64,000 nt of DNA from Mobula birostris (Eukaryota). The stretch covers positions 43,159,553 to 43,223,552 of the forward strand of contig NC_092384.1 in assembly GCF_030028105.1 (NCBI RefSeq). Reading direction: 5' to 3'. A program made the position numbers and the translations under genes. The notes under the pieces are model-generated. The model saw nothing but the letters and a program-made list of their open reading frames with translations, made no database searches and was not told the DNA's origin. Positions 47,601 to 59,486 of the stretch are shown in pieces (the first letter of the stretch is position 1; the number at the start of each line of letters is the position of its first letter).

Positions 47601-50600
47601 GCTGTTTTAAAAATGCAAATGTTAATATTTCAATATTTAGGGTTAAAGTACAAAGTGACTATGAAGCACTTCAAGGAAGGCTTAAGACCTTACCTGATAA
47701 ACTATCTTACGATGTAATGGTGAGTATAAAATCATTCAGAGCTTTTTTTTCTCCCCAGGGAAATTTTGAAGATGTGTTTCATTTCTTTCTCCTGATTATC
47801 TTTCTCCTGATTGCCTATCTCCTTATAAAAGCTTTTGTTTGATTTTAAGGCTTGTAATTTAAGAGTAGCATCATCTATTAGTGACTTCCATGATCAGATT
47901 GCTTGCAATGTGTCAAGTTACACTTTTCTTAGTTGGGGGCGGAGGAGATGAATAGATGGCAGTTTTTCTAAGATGTGCAGCTGAATATAGATGCAGTTTT
48001 CCGAGGAAGAAAGCACTTGGCTTTGAGACTTCTGCCCTAAGATAGCAATGTCACATATTTGTTCCTGTGTAATATAAAATAAGAACTAGCAACATTAACC
48101 AGAATTTTCATCCATTGGTTTTCCTTATTCTCTTTTGGAATTGGCTTAGGGCATAATTTAATATTGACATCAATGATGGTGTTTCGACATGGCGAACGAA
48201 TGGGCATTTGCCAGTCTTTGTTCTTCTAATGTCTTTGTTCAGTTAAGAAGCTGACTATTTACTGGGTTAAGGTTTAGCAATGTCCACCTGACATACATAC
48301 TGTACATGCTTAGGATATGTTGTGAGCAACTTCAATCTATTCACATGCAGTAAGTATTGCAATTAAGTACAGTGTTTATATGATGTAATTAGTATTGGCA
48401 ATTAGCTCAACATGAACTGGGGATAGAAAATGCGATCTTCTTGCTTACCAAGAGCACACTAGAGTCGGCGATGCTGTCATCTACCTGCTGAACAGAGCCT
48501 ATTCCCATTTGGATAAGCAGGACAGCACTGTGAGGATCATGTATTTTGATTTCTCAAGTGCCTTCAATATCTTACTGCCCTCATTTCTGGGGGAAAAGCT
48601 CCATTCATTCAGATTGACACTTCCATTGTATCCTGGATAATGGATTACCTGACTGGCAGACCACAGTTTGTGCGGCTTCAGAGCTGTGTGTCAGACATGG
48701 CTATAAGCAGTACTGGGGCCCCACAGGGGACCGTTTTGGCTCCCTTCCTGTTTACCCTGTATACCTCAGAGTTTAGATATAACACTGAGTCATGTCATCT
48801 GCAGAAATTCAAGGGAGGGCTGGGGGATGAATACAGGGCCCTGGTGGAGGACTTTGTCAAATGGTGCATGCTGAATCATCTGCAGCTCAACATTAGTAAG
48901 ACAAAAGAGATGGTGATGTACTTAGTCTGTTGTCACCAGTGCAATGTTCTATGCGGTGGTGTGCTGGGGCAATAGCATCAAACTGGACACACTGGAGGCT
49001 GTGGTACAACAAAGGACCCTATGAAAAATCCTGGAAATTCTGGACAATATTTCTCTCCCTCTGCATGCCACCTTGGCTGGACAGAGCAACACTATTAGTA
49101 ATAGACTAAGACAACTGCGCTGCTCCAAAGAGCGCTATGTGAGGTCTTTCTTAAACACGAGGAAATCTGCAGATGCTGGAAATTCAAGCAACACACATCA
49201 AAGTTGCTGGTGAACACAGCAGGCCAGGCAGCATCTCTAGGAAGAGGTACAGTCGACGTTTCAGGCCGAGACCCTTCGTCAGGACTAACTGAAAGAAGAG
49301 CTAGTAAGAGATTTGGAAGTGGGAGGGGGAGATCCAAAATGATAGGAGAAGACAGGAGGGGGAGGGATGGAGCCAAGAGCTGGACAGTTGATTGGGAAAA
49401 GGGATATGAGAGGATCATGGGACAGGAGGTCCGGGGAGAAAGAAAAGGGGGAGGGGGGGAAACCCAGAGGATGGGCAAGGGGTATAGTGAGAGAGACAGA
49501 GGGAGAAAAAGGGGAGAGGGGGGAAAATAATAAATAAATAACAGATGGGGTACGTAGGGGAGGTGGGGCATTAACGGAAGTTAGAGAAGTCAATGTTCAT
49601 GCCATCAGGTTGGAGGCTACCCAGACGGAACTCCTACGCTCTGTCCACCAGAGAAAGCAGGATCTCCCAGTGGTCACACATTTTAATTCCACGTCCTATT
49701 TCCACTCTGATATCCACGGCCTCCTCTACTGTCAAGATGAAGCCACACTCAGGTTGGAGGAACAACACCTTATATTCCATCTGGGTAGCCTCCAACCTGA
49801 TGGTATGAACATTGACTTCTCAAACTTGTGTTAATGCCCCACCTCCCCCTTGTACCCCATCTGTTATTTATTTATTTATTTATTTATTCATTTTCTCTCT
49901 CTCTCTCTCTCTCTCTCTCCCCCCCCCCCCTTTTCTCCCTCTGTCCCTCTCACTATATTCCTTGCCCATCCTCTGGGCTTTCCCCCTCCCCCTTTCTTTC
50001 TCCCTAGGCTTCCCGTCCCATAATCCTCTTGTATCCCTTTTGCCAATCAACTGTCCAGCTCTTGGCTCCATCCCTCCCCCTCCTGTCTTCTCCTATCATT
50101 TTCTATCTCCCCCCCCCCTCCCCCTCCCCCTCCCACTTTCAAATCTCTTACTAGTTCTTCTATCAGTTAGTCCTGACGAAGGGTCTCAGCCTGAAATGTC
50201 GACTGTACCTCTTCCTAGAGATGCTGCCTGGCCTGCTGCGTTCACCAGCAACTTTTATGTGTGTTGCTTGAGGTCATTCTTACTCTGGGCCATTAGGCTC
50301 TATAATGAGTCAATTTGTAGCTAGTGAAGTGATGACACCCCCCTCCCCCCCCCATCAGACTGTTTGTGGTAACTTATTTTTTATTCTTTCTGCTTCTCTT
50401 CTAATATTTGTATCTGTGCACTTGTAATACCACAGTGACACTGTAATTTTCTTTGGGATCAATAAAGTGTTTATCTATCATTAGATGGATTATTAATCAT
50501 TTTAGCAGGGAGTCACCAGTGAAGCCCTCTATCAGAGTTTCTACATGGTTAGGCCTATTATCATTTTGGCCACTTTACAACTTATTTGTAACCAGTTTTC

Positions 50601-51814
50601 ACTTTGGCATTTGAAATGATTGGCAATGTATTTTGTATGATGTTTTAATTTGCTTTCTATAGAATTAGAGTACCCCACCATCCATTGCCATTCCACAAAA
50701 AAAGTGATACAATTTGCTAAATATAGGTCCTGATTAACCCATCACCTCTTGTACTGATTATAGGACCAGATTCATGAAACATCCTGATATCCCAGCACAC
50801 CTTCCACCCTCTAGCCCACCACTGAACTTATCTGTTGGGGCCTTGACCTGGACTTTGTGTTTCCTTTCATGTGTTTTGCACTGGCACAGTGTATAAAGGA
50901 CCAGCCTTTTTCTGACATGAGGCTAGTCTTGCTTTGTAGAATTTTCAAATGACAGACCAATGATTAAAATGAATGTTGGAGTACGTCACGGTAAAGGATA
51001 GCATGGTTGATTTGTATGCTAATTAATTTCTTAGCTGTGTTTTGGATAAACTTTGAAATATATTTAGTAATATTTCTCTTTCTTGAGTCCAATGTTTGTC
51101 CATAAATGTTGTTATTTCAAGATGTCAGTATTCCTGGCAAAGAGTAAATTTATCTCTTATCTATCCTGTGTGACTGAATGGCTTCCTAGTTCAGAGATCA
51201 GTTATGAACTGTAGGACAGGAGTTACTTTAAATCAGATATGGAAGGTTGGGGAGTTTCCTTTCCTAAAAGGTTATTGGTTGCATTTTTTTTACAACCATT
51301 GTGGTTGGGTAAATTGTGCATTTTTAAACGAAATTGAAATCCTTAAGCTGCCATGACAGTTCTTGAAGTTACTTTTAAGGAATCAACCAAAGTTTGCAAT
51401 TTTGATTGCTGAGTTCTCAGTAGCCTAAATTAGGAAATTGCTCAATGCTTATAAATATTCAGATCTGTTTGAAAAATAGCATGTTCTTTTGTATCTTGTA
51501 TAGGATGCACTGATGTTATTATCATTGTACGTTATTGCTTTTCTAGCACAGATTCCTCATGGACTTCTAGTTGATTTTAATTAAAACTGTATTGTTTTGT
51601 TTATAAAAATGAATAAAGATAGACCATTTACCTCATAACAAAACAAACTTCTCTATTTCATAATTGTTTTTGTGACAGGTGCCATTTGGCCCACTTGCAT
51701 TTATGCCAGGACAGTTAATCCACACAAATGAAGTCACCGTTTTACTTGGTGACAATTGGTTTGCAAAGTGTTCTGCAAAGCAAGCTGTTGGCCTGGTGGA
51801 ACACAGGAAGCAAC
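35339..51814 (+). CDS. URI1: Unconventional prefoldin RPB5 interactor URI1, 5' part; join(35339..35419,44690..44724,47641..47719,51679..51814); continues beyond the window
   Basis: MADSQPCSAVKLPPSQPLSRLREEHAK|VVSNCKEKIEHW|VKVQSDYEALQGRLKTLPDKLSYDVM|VPFGPLAFMPGQLIHTNEVTVLLGDNWFAKCSAKQAVGLVEHRK matches the URI1 prefoldin-alpha domain; exons 81/35/79/136 nt in phase. Confidence 0.95.
42598..43145 (-). mobile_element. CR1/HER1-type LINE 3' fragment
   Basis: ORF 42960..43145 LQLYRTLVRPHL; AGAAACATAGAAA tail. Confidence 0.85.
44690..44724 (+). CDS. URI1: URI1 exon 2 (VVSNCKEKIEHW)
   Basis: 35 nt; AACAG| acceptor, GTAAGT donor. Confidence 0.92.
45920..46048 (-). mobile_element. Short PLE 3' end remnant, truncated within the hammerhead motif
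   Basis: AAATCTGCAGTTGCTGGAAATCCAAGC...GAACTCAGCAGGCCAGGCAGCATCTAT...CAGTTGACGTTT. Confidence 0.7.
47641..47719 (+). CDS. URI1: URI1 exon 3
   Basis: 79 nt; TLPDKLSY motif; GTGAGT donor. Confidence 0.95.
49251..49286 (-). ncRNA. Minimal type I hammerhead motif in PLE (intact core)
   Basis: AGTC-CTGACGA-AGGGTCTCGGCCT-GAAA-CGTC-GACT. Confidence 0.75.
50169..50204 (+). ncRNA. Minimal type I hammerhead motif in PLE (helix III palindrome ACGT changed to ATGT)
   Basis: AGTC-CTGACGA-AGGGTCTCAGCCT-GAAA-TGTC-GACT. Confidence 0.65.
51679..51814 (+). CDS. URI1: URI1 exon 4
   Basis: 136 nt; HTNEVTVLLGDNWF motif; GTGAGT donor. Confidence 0.96.
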
Positions 51815-53081
51815 GTGAGTCACTCTCAGTTTTGAATATTTTGATATTTTTGTATGTACTTGTAAAGAGAAATTTCGGGTATCTTGCAGTTTTAACTGCA
51901 TGTCTGCTGTCTAGAAGTAAGGCAGATGGTGTGATTTTACAGATTACTAGTAGTAATTGATTTTTCTGGCTGTTTTTATATCTGCTATTGGTTCTATATG
52001 ATTTATTAGTGGTAACTAGGTTTGTGTCAACTAACTGGATCTTCAAGTACTACTAAATGTCATTGTTTAGTTTGAGGTTGTTAAGTAACCACATAGATGT
52101 CTAAATTGATGAGATACAAGAGTGATTGATTCAGAATACTTTAAGCTGCAAATTTTGAATTGTACAGGAATGCGATTTAAGGAGTATAAAGAAGTTTTAA
52201 AATTGAATTAACAATGTTGAATTCTAATTTTTATTCTGCATTATGTCTGATTCTAGATGGATAATCCTCATAACTGAGGATAGGTTTAGAGAGCAATCAT
52301 TTCTACATTCACGCACAGAATTGTTGAGTTTCGTCTACCCCCAGGGATATGATTGCGAATTGCTGTTTCTTGTGCTTCCATTGAGAGGAACTAGCTGCTT
52401 AATGTGCACATAAACTCTGTGACTGAGCATTTTATTTTATTAGCAAGAACACTGCTGTGGAGAAAATAAACATTTTGGTGTCTAGCACCTGGATCACACT
52501 TTATATGCAGGCTTTGAAGGGACTTAGTAGTTTATTGAACAACTTAACTTAAACCTAGCGGAAGGGATTTTAGCTGTTGCAAATCCTACTGCCAGCAATA
52601 ATTGGCTTTTCTCCACTCCAATTCAGCTTATGGTGCTGCAACTCTATGGTTAACTTGCTCGCCTTCCACCTCTCATTGTCCCTTCACACTTTGTAATCTT
52701 GCCAATTCCAGTTTGGTTTACACATTTGAGGAAACATTGTGAACATTACCAGCTACTCTTGTGAATTCTACAAAAAGGAGGCTAGAAATCGACTTTGTGT
52801 ATTTTTGTTAAAGACGGCTGCAACAATTTTAGTTTAATTTCATCATTAATCTTGGGTTTTATATCAGAGTCATTGGAAACTTGAAATACTGAAGAAAAGA
52901 TAAGCCCTGTGATTCTTCCTCCAATATCAGTCATATCCTTAGGGTATTCAGTCCCACAGGATGCAATCTTTCATCCTGTGGGCCTGAACATCCTACAAAA
53001 GGAACTTTATGGCTTGGCAGCACTCTTTAGGTTTTGAAGGGTAGAGCCTACTCACTCTTCAGACAAATATTGAAATGATAG

Positions 53082-54273
53082 TAAACACAAAATAATCTGC
53101 AGATGCTGGGGTCAAAGCAACACTCACAACATGCTGGAGGAACTCAGCAGGTCAGGCAGCATCCGTGGAAACGATCAGTCAACGTTTCGGGCCGGAACCC
53201 TTCGTCAGGACTGAAGAGAGAAGGGGCAGAGGCCCTATAAAGAAGGTAGGGGGAGGGTGGGAAGAAGGCTGGTAGGTACCAGGTGAAAAAACAGTAAAGG
53301 GAAAGATAAAGGGGTGGGGGAGGGGAAGCAGGGAGGTGATAGGCAGGAAAGGTGAAGAAGGAATAGGGGAAAGCACAATAGGTAGTGGAACCATGAGGCT
53401 AGGGGAGGAGGCAGAGCGAAACAGATGGGGGAAGGGAGGGGGGGGGGGAATTACCGAAAGTTGGAGAATTCAATGTTCATACCAAGGGGCTGAATACTAC
53501 CCAGACGGTATATGAGGTATTGCTCCTGAGTTTAACCTCATCCTGGCAGTGGAAGAGGCCATGTATGGACGTATCTGAAGGGGAATGTGAAGCAGAGTTG
53601 AAGTTGGTGGCAACCAGGAGATCCTGTCTGTTGTGGCAGAGGGAGTGGAGGGGCTCGACGAACCGGTCCCCCATTCTGCGTCGGGTTTCACCAATGTAGA
53701 GGAGGCCGCACCGGGAGCACCGGATGCAATAGATGACCCCAACAGACGCACAAGTGAAGTGTTGCGTCACCTGGAAGGACTGTTTGGGGCCCTGAATGGT
53801 GGCAAGAGAAGAGGTGTAGGGACAGATGTAACACTTACACTTACAGGAATAAGTGCCGGGTGGGAGATCCGCGGGGAGGGACGTGTGGATAAGGGAGTCG
53901 TGGAGGGAATGATCCCTGCAGAAAGTGGAGAGGGAAAGATGTGCTTAGTGGTGGGGTCCTGTTGAAGGTGGTGGAAGTTGCGGAGGATAATGTGCTGGAT
54001 CCGGAGGCTGGTGGGGTGGTAGGTGAGGACAAGGAAAGCTCTGTCCCTGTTGTGGTGGCGGGAGGATGGGGTGAGGGCCGAAGTGCAGGAAATGGAGGAG
54101 ATGCAGGTGAGGGCATCATTGATGACGGCAGAAGGGAAACCACGATCCTTAAAGAAAAAGGACATTTGAGATGTCCTGGAACGGAAAGCCTCATCCTGGG
54201 AGCAGATGCGGTGGAGACGGAGGAACTGGGAATAGGGAATGGCATTTTTGCATATTGCAGGGTGGGAAGAGGT
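53082..54273 (-). mobile_element. Penelope-like retroelement, second subfamily, 5'-truncated
   Basis: ORF 53477..53770 GVIYCIRCSRCGLLYIGET; perfect 15-bp TSD ATATTGAAATGATAG at 53067-53081 and 54274-54288. Confidence 0.92.
53176..53213 (-). ncRNA. Minimal type I hammerhead motif in PLE (GTT triplet)
   Basis: CAGTC-CTGACGA-A-GGG-TTCCGG-CCC-GAAA-CGTT-GACTG. Confidence 0.7.
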
Positions 54274-54654
54274 ATATTGAAATGATAGATTGCCTTCATT
54301 TTGTAGATAGAGAAAACTTTAGTATACTTAAAGCCATTAGAAGTGTTAAGAAAATATTACTAGGGAATTAGAGTTATACATAGATAAATAGACTACTCCA
54401 CTAACGATTAAATTACAGTGCCTTGGTCCCAGTGCGTCCCCCACCCCAAACCAATTTTCCAGGCCTCCATGTGAAGTAATGCTGTTGAGGGAACTGAGTG
54501 TTTTCACAGCAGTTGGCAATCCTGCTCTTTAGATCCAAAAGGCTCTGGGCTGGAGTAAAAAGCTTTGGCTGAGAGTGGGCAACAAGTGACCTTGGGCAGT
54601 TTCCTAGTAATTCAATTAGTTCAATTACAATTTGTATGTGTAGAATTGCTAATA

Positions 54655-55830
54655 CAGTGGATTCTGGTTAATTGGGATATGTTGAGGCCAGTGCATTTTG
54701 GCCCAATTAAGCAGCTGCCCTGATTAGCCGAAGAGGCATGGAACTAGTTAAAAAGGTATACAAAAGATAAGCTACCAGTTTTCTATGTTTAACTGAGTAA
54801 TATGTTATCTATTTAAATGCAATATAGAACAAGTTAGAACACTACCAAACTACTACATTACTATAGTTATCAATGGAGGAATTCATCCAGTATAACCTGC
54901 TGTGTTCTTTTGATTGCCTGTAAATGAAAAAATCAGTGCAGACATCTAGTGTAGATAATGGACTGCCTTCATTGCCTTACTGCATAAAGTAGTGTCATAA
55001 TCCAACAAAAAAATTCCTGGCCTTCTCTGTAGATGTTAACTTCAGATGTGTCATCTTCATCACTTTCCTCATCTTCATATTTCCTGCCTTGGTGTTTTGA
55101 TACAATGCTTTCGACGATTGCATTCTTAAAATCTTTATTTTCATTGTAACATTCAAATTGATTAACGATACCTTAATTCTTCGCAGTTCCTAACTTGCTG
55201 AAGTAGTGAAATCATTTCATGTTCGCTGACAGCTGTTTCTGGTATCTCCAAGCTTGAATGATTGAAACTACAGTGAACATAACAGTTCTAAGTTGACTTG
55301 CTGCTCATTTTTCGCAACTATCAGTGACAAACTGTACTGCCTATAAAACATTTACCCTTGCATTCACTTCCTTGGCTGTTGAAGATGATGTCAGTAGATT
55401 TTCTTCAATTGCTTCAAGAATGTGGTTCACCAACTTTCCATGGTACGTCTAAATTTTTTGTGATTCCCATATCCATTGGCTTTGTGACCCAGCTTCTTAG
55501 CTAGCTCCTCTGACTTGATTTTTCAACATTGGTCCACTGATAGGCACATCTCATCCCAAATTGATAACGTAACACAAGCACAAGCAACAGATGCTTTTTA
55601 AAATTTGTTTGCTCTAAGCATGGGTAGTCTCTAATAGCTACACAAGTGCACGTGACTGACGCTAGTTTGAAACTGTTTGGCAATAGTCTCCTGTCTCAAT
55701 TAAGCGGCATAGTGTCCCAAATAACAAAGGAATCCAGGCTATTTTCTTGATCCATTTTTGTTCTTTAAGAGATATCCCAAATAAGCGACTGCCCCAATTA
55801 ACCAATGACTTAATTAAGCAAAATCCACTG
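54655..55830. mobile_element. Tigger/pogo-like DNA transposon, internally deleted
   Basis: TA|CAGTGGATT...AATCCACTG|TA termini with TA TSD; homologous to 1256-3387. Confidence 0.75.
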
Positions 55831-56459
55831 TAATGCTAGCAAGATGGATAGGGCTATTTGGATTTATGAAAAGAAATTTAATGTTGTGGACAAATTTAAT
55901 AACCAAAATGACAGTGGCTTTCTGCTATGAATTGTGTATTAGTTTTAGCAGGTAACAAAGAGTAGGGATAATGTTTTCTGATCAGGGAGGATCATGATTT
56001 AATGTCTCTTGAGAATCTGTACTCGGGCTTGTAACTTCATAGAATTATGGAAAGAATAGATATTAGCTTTATTTGTCAAAACATAAAATAAAACACATAG
56101 TTTGCATTGACAATCAAAACTTTCCAAGGATGTGCTGGGAACAAATGCAAATGTTGTCATGTTTCTGAATAGCTTATGACACAGGAGACAATAATGTTTG
56201 TGCAAATCAAAAAAGAGCTAACCAATCTCATCCTATCTTCTTTCAGTAGGACCATGATCCTACAAGTCATAGCTTTTCGAGAGCACCTCCAAGGACTTTA
56301 AATGTGACGAGCATTTCTGACCGTACTAACTTTTAGGCAGTGAATTCCTGAAACCAAATGATCTCTGGGTAATAAAAATCTTACCTTCATTTCCTGCCTT
56401 TTTTTCATGAATAACTTTACATCTGTTTCTAGGTTTTTGACTTTCTGGTAAGTGAAATA

Positions 56460-57222
56460 CAGTGAATTCAAGTTAATTAGGACAGCCACTTATTTGAGAC
56501 CCCTCTTAAAGAACAAAAACTAATTGAGAAAATAGCGAATGCCCTTCGTTTATTTGGGACACTATGCCACTTAATTGGGAAAGGAGACTTGCTGAACAGT
56601 TTCTAACTAGTGTCCGTCGTGTGCACTTGTGTGGTTGTTAGATGCAACACCATGCTTGGAGCAAGCAGTTTTTAAATAGTACCATTTGCATTTGTGTTCA
56701 AAAATTTGATTTTTGTCACCGACAGTTTGTGAGAAATAAGCAGAGGCAATTCAGAGCTGTTTTGCTCTCTGTGGTTTCAAGCTTTCAGACTTGGAGATGA
56801 CACTACAGAGAGTGAAAAATGAAGCAATTTCACTACTTCAGCAAGTTGGGATCCACGAAGAATTTGTAGGTATCGATAATCATTTTGAATGTTACAACTT
56901 GAGATTTGGAGGATGCAATCGTCAAAAATACAGTATAAAGGCAGTCCATTGTCTGCACTAATTTTTGTTAATTTAAATGAATGTGACAGCATACACTGGA
57001 TGAATTCCTCCGTCAATAACTACTAGGAGCTAACACAGTTTTACAGTACTGCAGTCGTATTGGTAGTGTTCTAATTTGTTCTCTATTTCCTTTAAATGCA
57101 TAAATAGTTGCTCAGCTAAGTGGCAGTTTGTTTTTTTTATATACCTTTTTTAACTATTTCCATGAAACCGGCTAATTGAGACTTCCACAATTGGGTCAAA
57201 ATGTACTGTTGTGGTGTGTCCC
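56460..57222. mobile_element. Tigger/pogo-like element, third copy in the opposite orientation
   Basis: TA|CAGTGAATTCAAGTTAATTAGGACAG; reverse-complement similarity to 54655-55830. Confidence 0.7.
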
Positions 57223-58306
57223 AAGGCATGCAGTTTGATAGGTTAATTGGCCACTGTAAGGTATTTCTGATGTGTCGATGACTGGGGGGAGGGAGGTTTG
57301 GGAAGGTAGTGTATTAATGGAGATGTGGGAAGAATTTAGAAAATAGGATTATTGTATTCGTGTAAAGAGATGTACAATTGTCAGCGCAATTCAGGGGCAG
57401 AAATACTTATTTCTGTTGTGTATAACTCGCATTTTTTTACATTTTAAGAGATAAGAGACTAGCTTTATTTGCCATATGGAAACGTACATCAAAGTACACT
57501 GCGTCAGTGACCAGTATAGCCCAAGGGTGTGCTCGGAGCCGTCCACAAGTGTTACTGTGCTTCCAGTGCCAACATAGCATGGCCACAATTTACTAACACT
57601 AACCATCCATGCTTGGAACATGGGTGGAAACTGGAGCACTCAGAGGAAGCATACATGATCGTGGGGAGAACGTACAGCCGTGGGAATTGTCCCCTGATCA
57701 CTGGCACTGTAAAGTGTTGTGAAACCCGCTGTGCTACCATACTACTCCAGTGAAATAGAAATAATAACAGATTCCATAATGAAAAAAGATTTCAAAACAA
57801 ATGGTAAGGAGAAACCTAGTGTTGTAAAATTTTATCTGCAATCAGAATGTTGAAGTGCAGCACCCTTGGAACTGCACTGCTCAAGTATAATGATAAGGCA
57901 AATAAAAGCTCAGAAGTGTTTTCTGTCATTAAATATTGCAACAATTAGGCTTTTTCACACTGTTGCAGATTGATAACATTGCAATTGCAAAGATAAGCCT
58001 TGAAGTCATTTAATCTGAGTCTGCAAAGGTCAAACTTAGACAATTCAATAACTCAAAAGCTATTTGACTGATTTTAACCAGGCATTTTCAAAAATGATAT
58101 AAACTCATGCCTGTTCTTTTTAAACCCTGGAGGTCATGAAGAGAGATAAGATTTTGGAATATTCTGTTAAATTTCAAAAATAGTATAGCTACCTGATTTT
58201 AAAAAGGAGCTTTAGGCAGGAGACAAAAGTTATTGTTGCCTAATAACTGTTACATCAACAAGTTACTGAAAACAAATAGGTCAAATTAAGCTGAGGAATG
58301 CCAGTA

Positions 58307-58492
58307 CTTACTGACTGCCCATTACGCTGCTGGCGTTTAGGGCAGTAATGAAGGTCCTCCATCTCTCTGTACTTGCCATCTTCTCTATTGTGCCACAGGT
58401 GTAGTTCAGAGTCCTCATTTCTGCCTCTGCAGTATAGCGCCAAGTTGTCTTTGGTGGCCCGTGTTTCTTCAGCCCTTCAGGGGTCCAATGTC
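58307..58492 (-). mobile_element. RTE-type LINE 3' end fragment
   Basis: Minus strand reads W-T-P-E-G...G-P-P-K-T-T-W-R, similar to the RTE ORF C-terminus; short tail. Confidence 0.55.
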
Positions 58493-58957
58493 TAGATGAT
58501 GGAGTTGTTTCTTTTTCTTATGTGCCCAATACTTCTCCAGTGTTTCCTCGTGATTATTGTGGCCGTGTCGTCTTGACACTGAAGAAGTGTAGGGTGTGCT
58601 TGGAGATCTATCTGGCCAAAAAATGCAGAGGATCTAAGGACTGCCAGTGGGGAATGTTTATGTGGTTAGGTGTTGAACATCCCACATCTACCCATATAAA
58701 TGCCAGAAAACTAGGTACTACTGCAAAGGCACAGGTGAATGCAGAATTCCATGAATTTGCTAGATCCATGCGTTTTCCAGTAGAGGAAGAACAAACTCAG
58801 TGAAACTATCCTGCATGTATGCTTAGAAACCTGCTTTAGAATTCTGATCTAAGCTGAGCATGATTGAGGGTCTACAAGTCAATTTTAGTGACAATAAAAG
58901 GCAAAGTATTTATGTTTTATGCATTCAGTAACTTTACATTTTTCATACATTCTGATA

Positions 58958-59486
58958 CGCTCAGTGGCTTTTTATTAGATACCTCCTGTTCCTAATAAAG
59001 TGGCCACTGAATATATTTGTTGTCTTCTGCTGCTGTAGCCCATCTACTTCAAAGTTCAACGTATTGTATGTTCAGAGATGCTCTTTGGCACACCTCTATT
59101 GGAATGGTGGTTATTTAAGATACTATCACCTGAACCTGTCTCGACATTCTCCTCTGACCTCTCTCAGGAACAAGGTGATTTTGCTCAGAGATCTGCCACT
59201 CACTGGATGTTTTTTGTTTTTCGTACTATTCTGTGTAAACTCTAAAGACTGTGTGAAAATCCCAGAAAATCAGCAGTTTCTGAGATACTTAAACCACCCC
59301 GTGTGAAACCAACACTTGGTCAAAGTTACTTAGATCACATTTCTTTCCTGTCTGATGTTTGGTCTGAACGTCAACTGAACCTCTTGACTTTGTCTACCTG
59401 CTTTATGCATTGAGTGGCTGCCACATGACTGGCTGATTAGATATTTGCATTAACAAGCAGGGCTACACCTGAGTGGTCACTGAGTT
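58958..59486. mobile_element. Non-autonomous Tc1-like element
   Basis: TA|CGCTCAGTGGC...TTATTAG / ...GTGGTCACTGAGTT|TA termini; internal CCTAATAAAGTGGCCACTGA. Confidence 0.65.

Larger units (their letters stand above)
49153..50268. mobile_element. Penelope-like insertion with inverted structure (minus copy 49153-49630, plus copy 49631-50268)
   Basis: Orientation switches at about 49630; 13-bp TSD TGAGGTC(T/A)TTCTT at 49140-49152 and 50269-50281. Confidence 0.9.
48465..50480 (+). mobile_element. Rex1/Babar-like LINE fragment (RT), interrupted by a PLE
   Basis: ORF 48640..48975 DYLTGRPQFVRL...GAPQGTVLAPFLFTLYT; resumes after 50281 and ends GGGATCAATAAAG. Confidence 0.85.
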
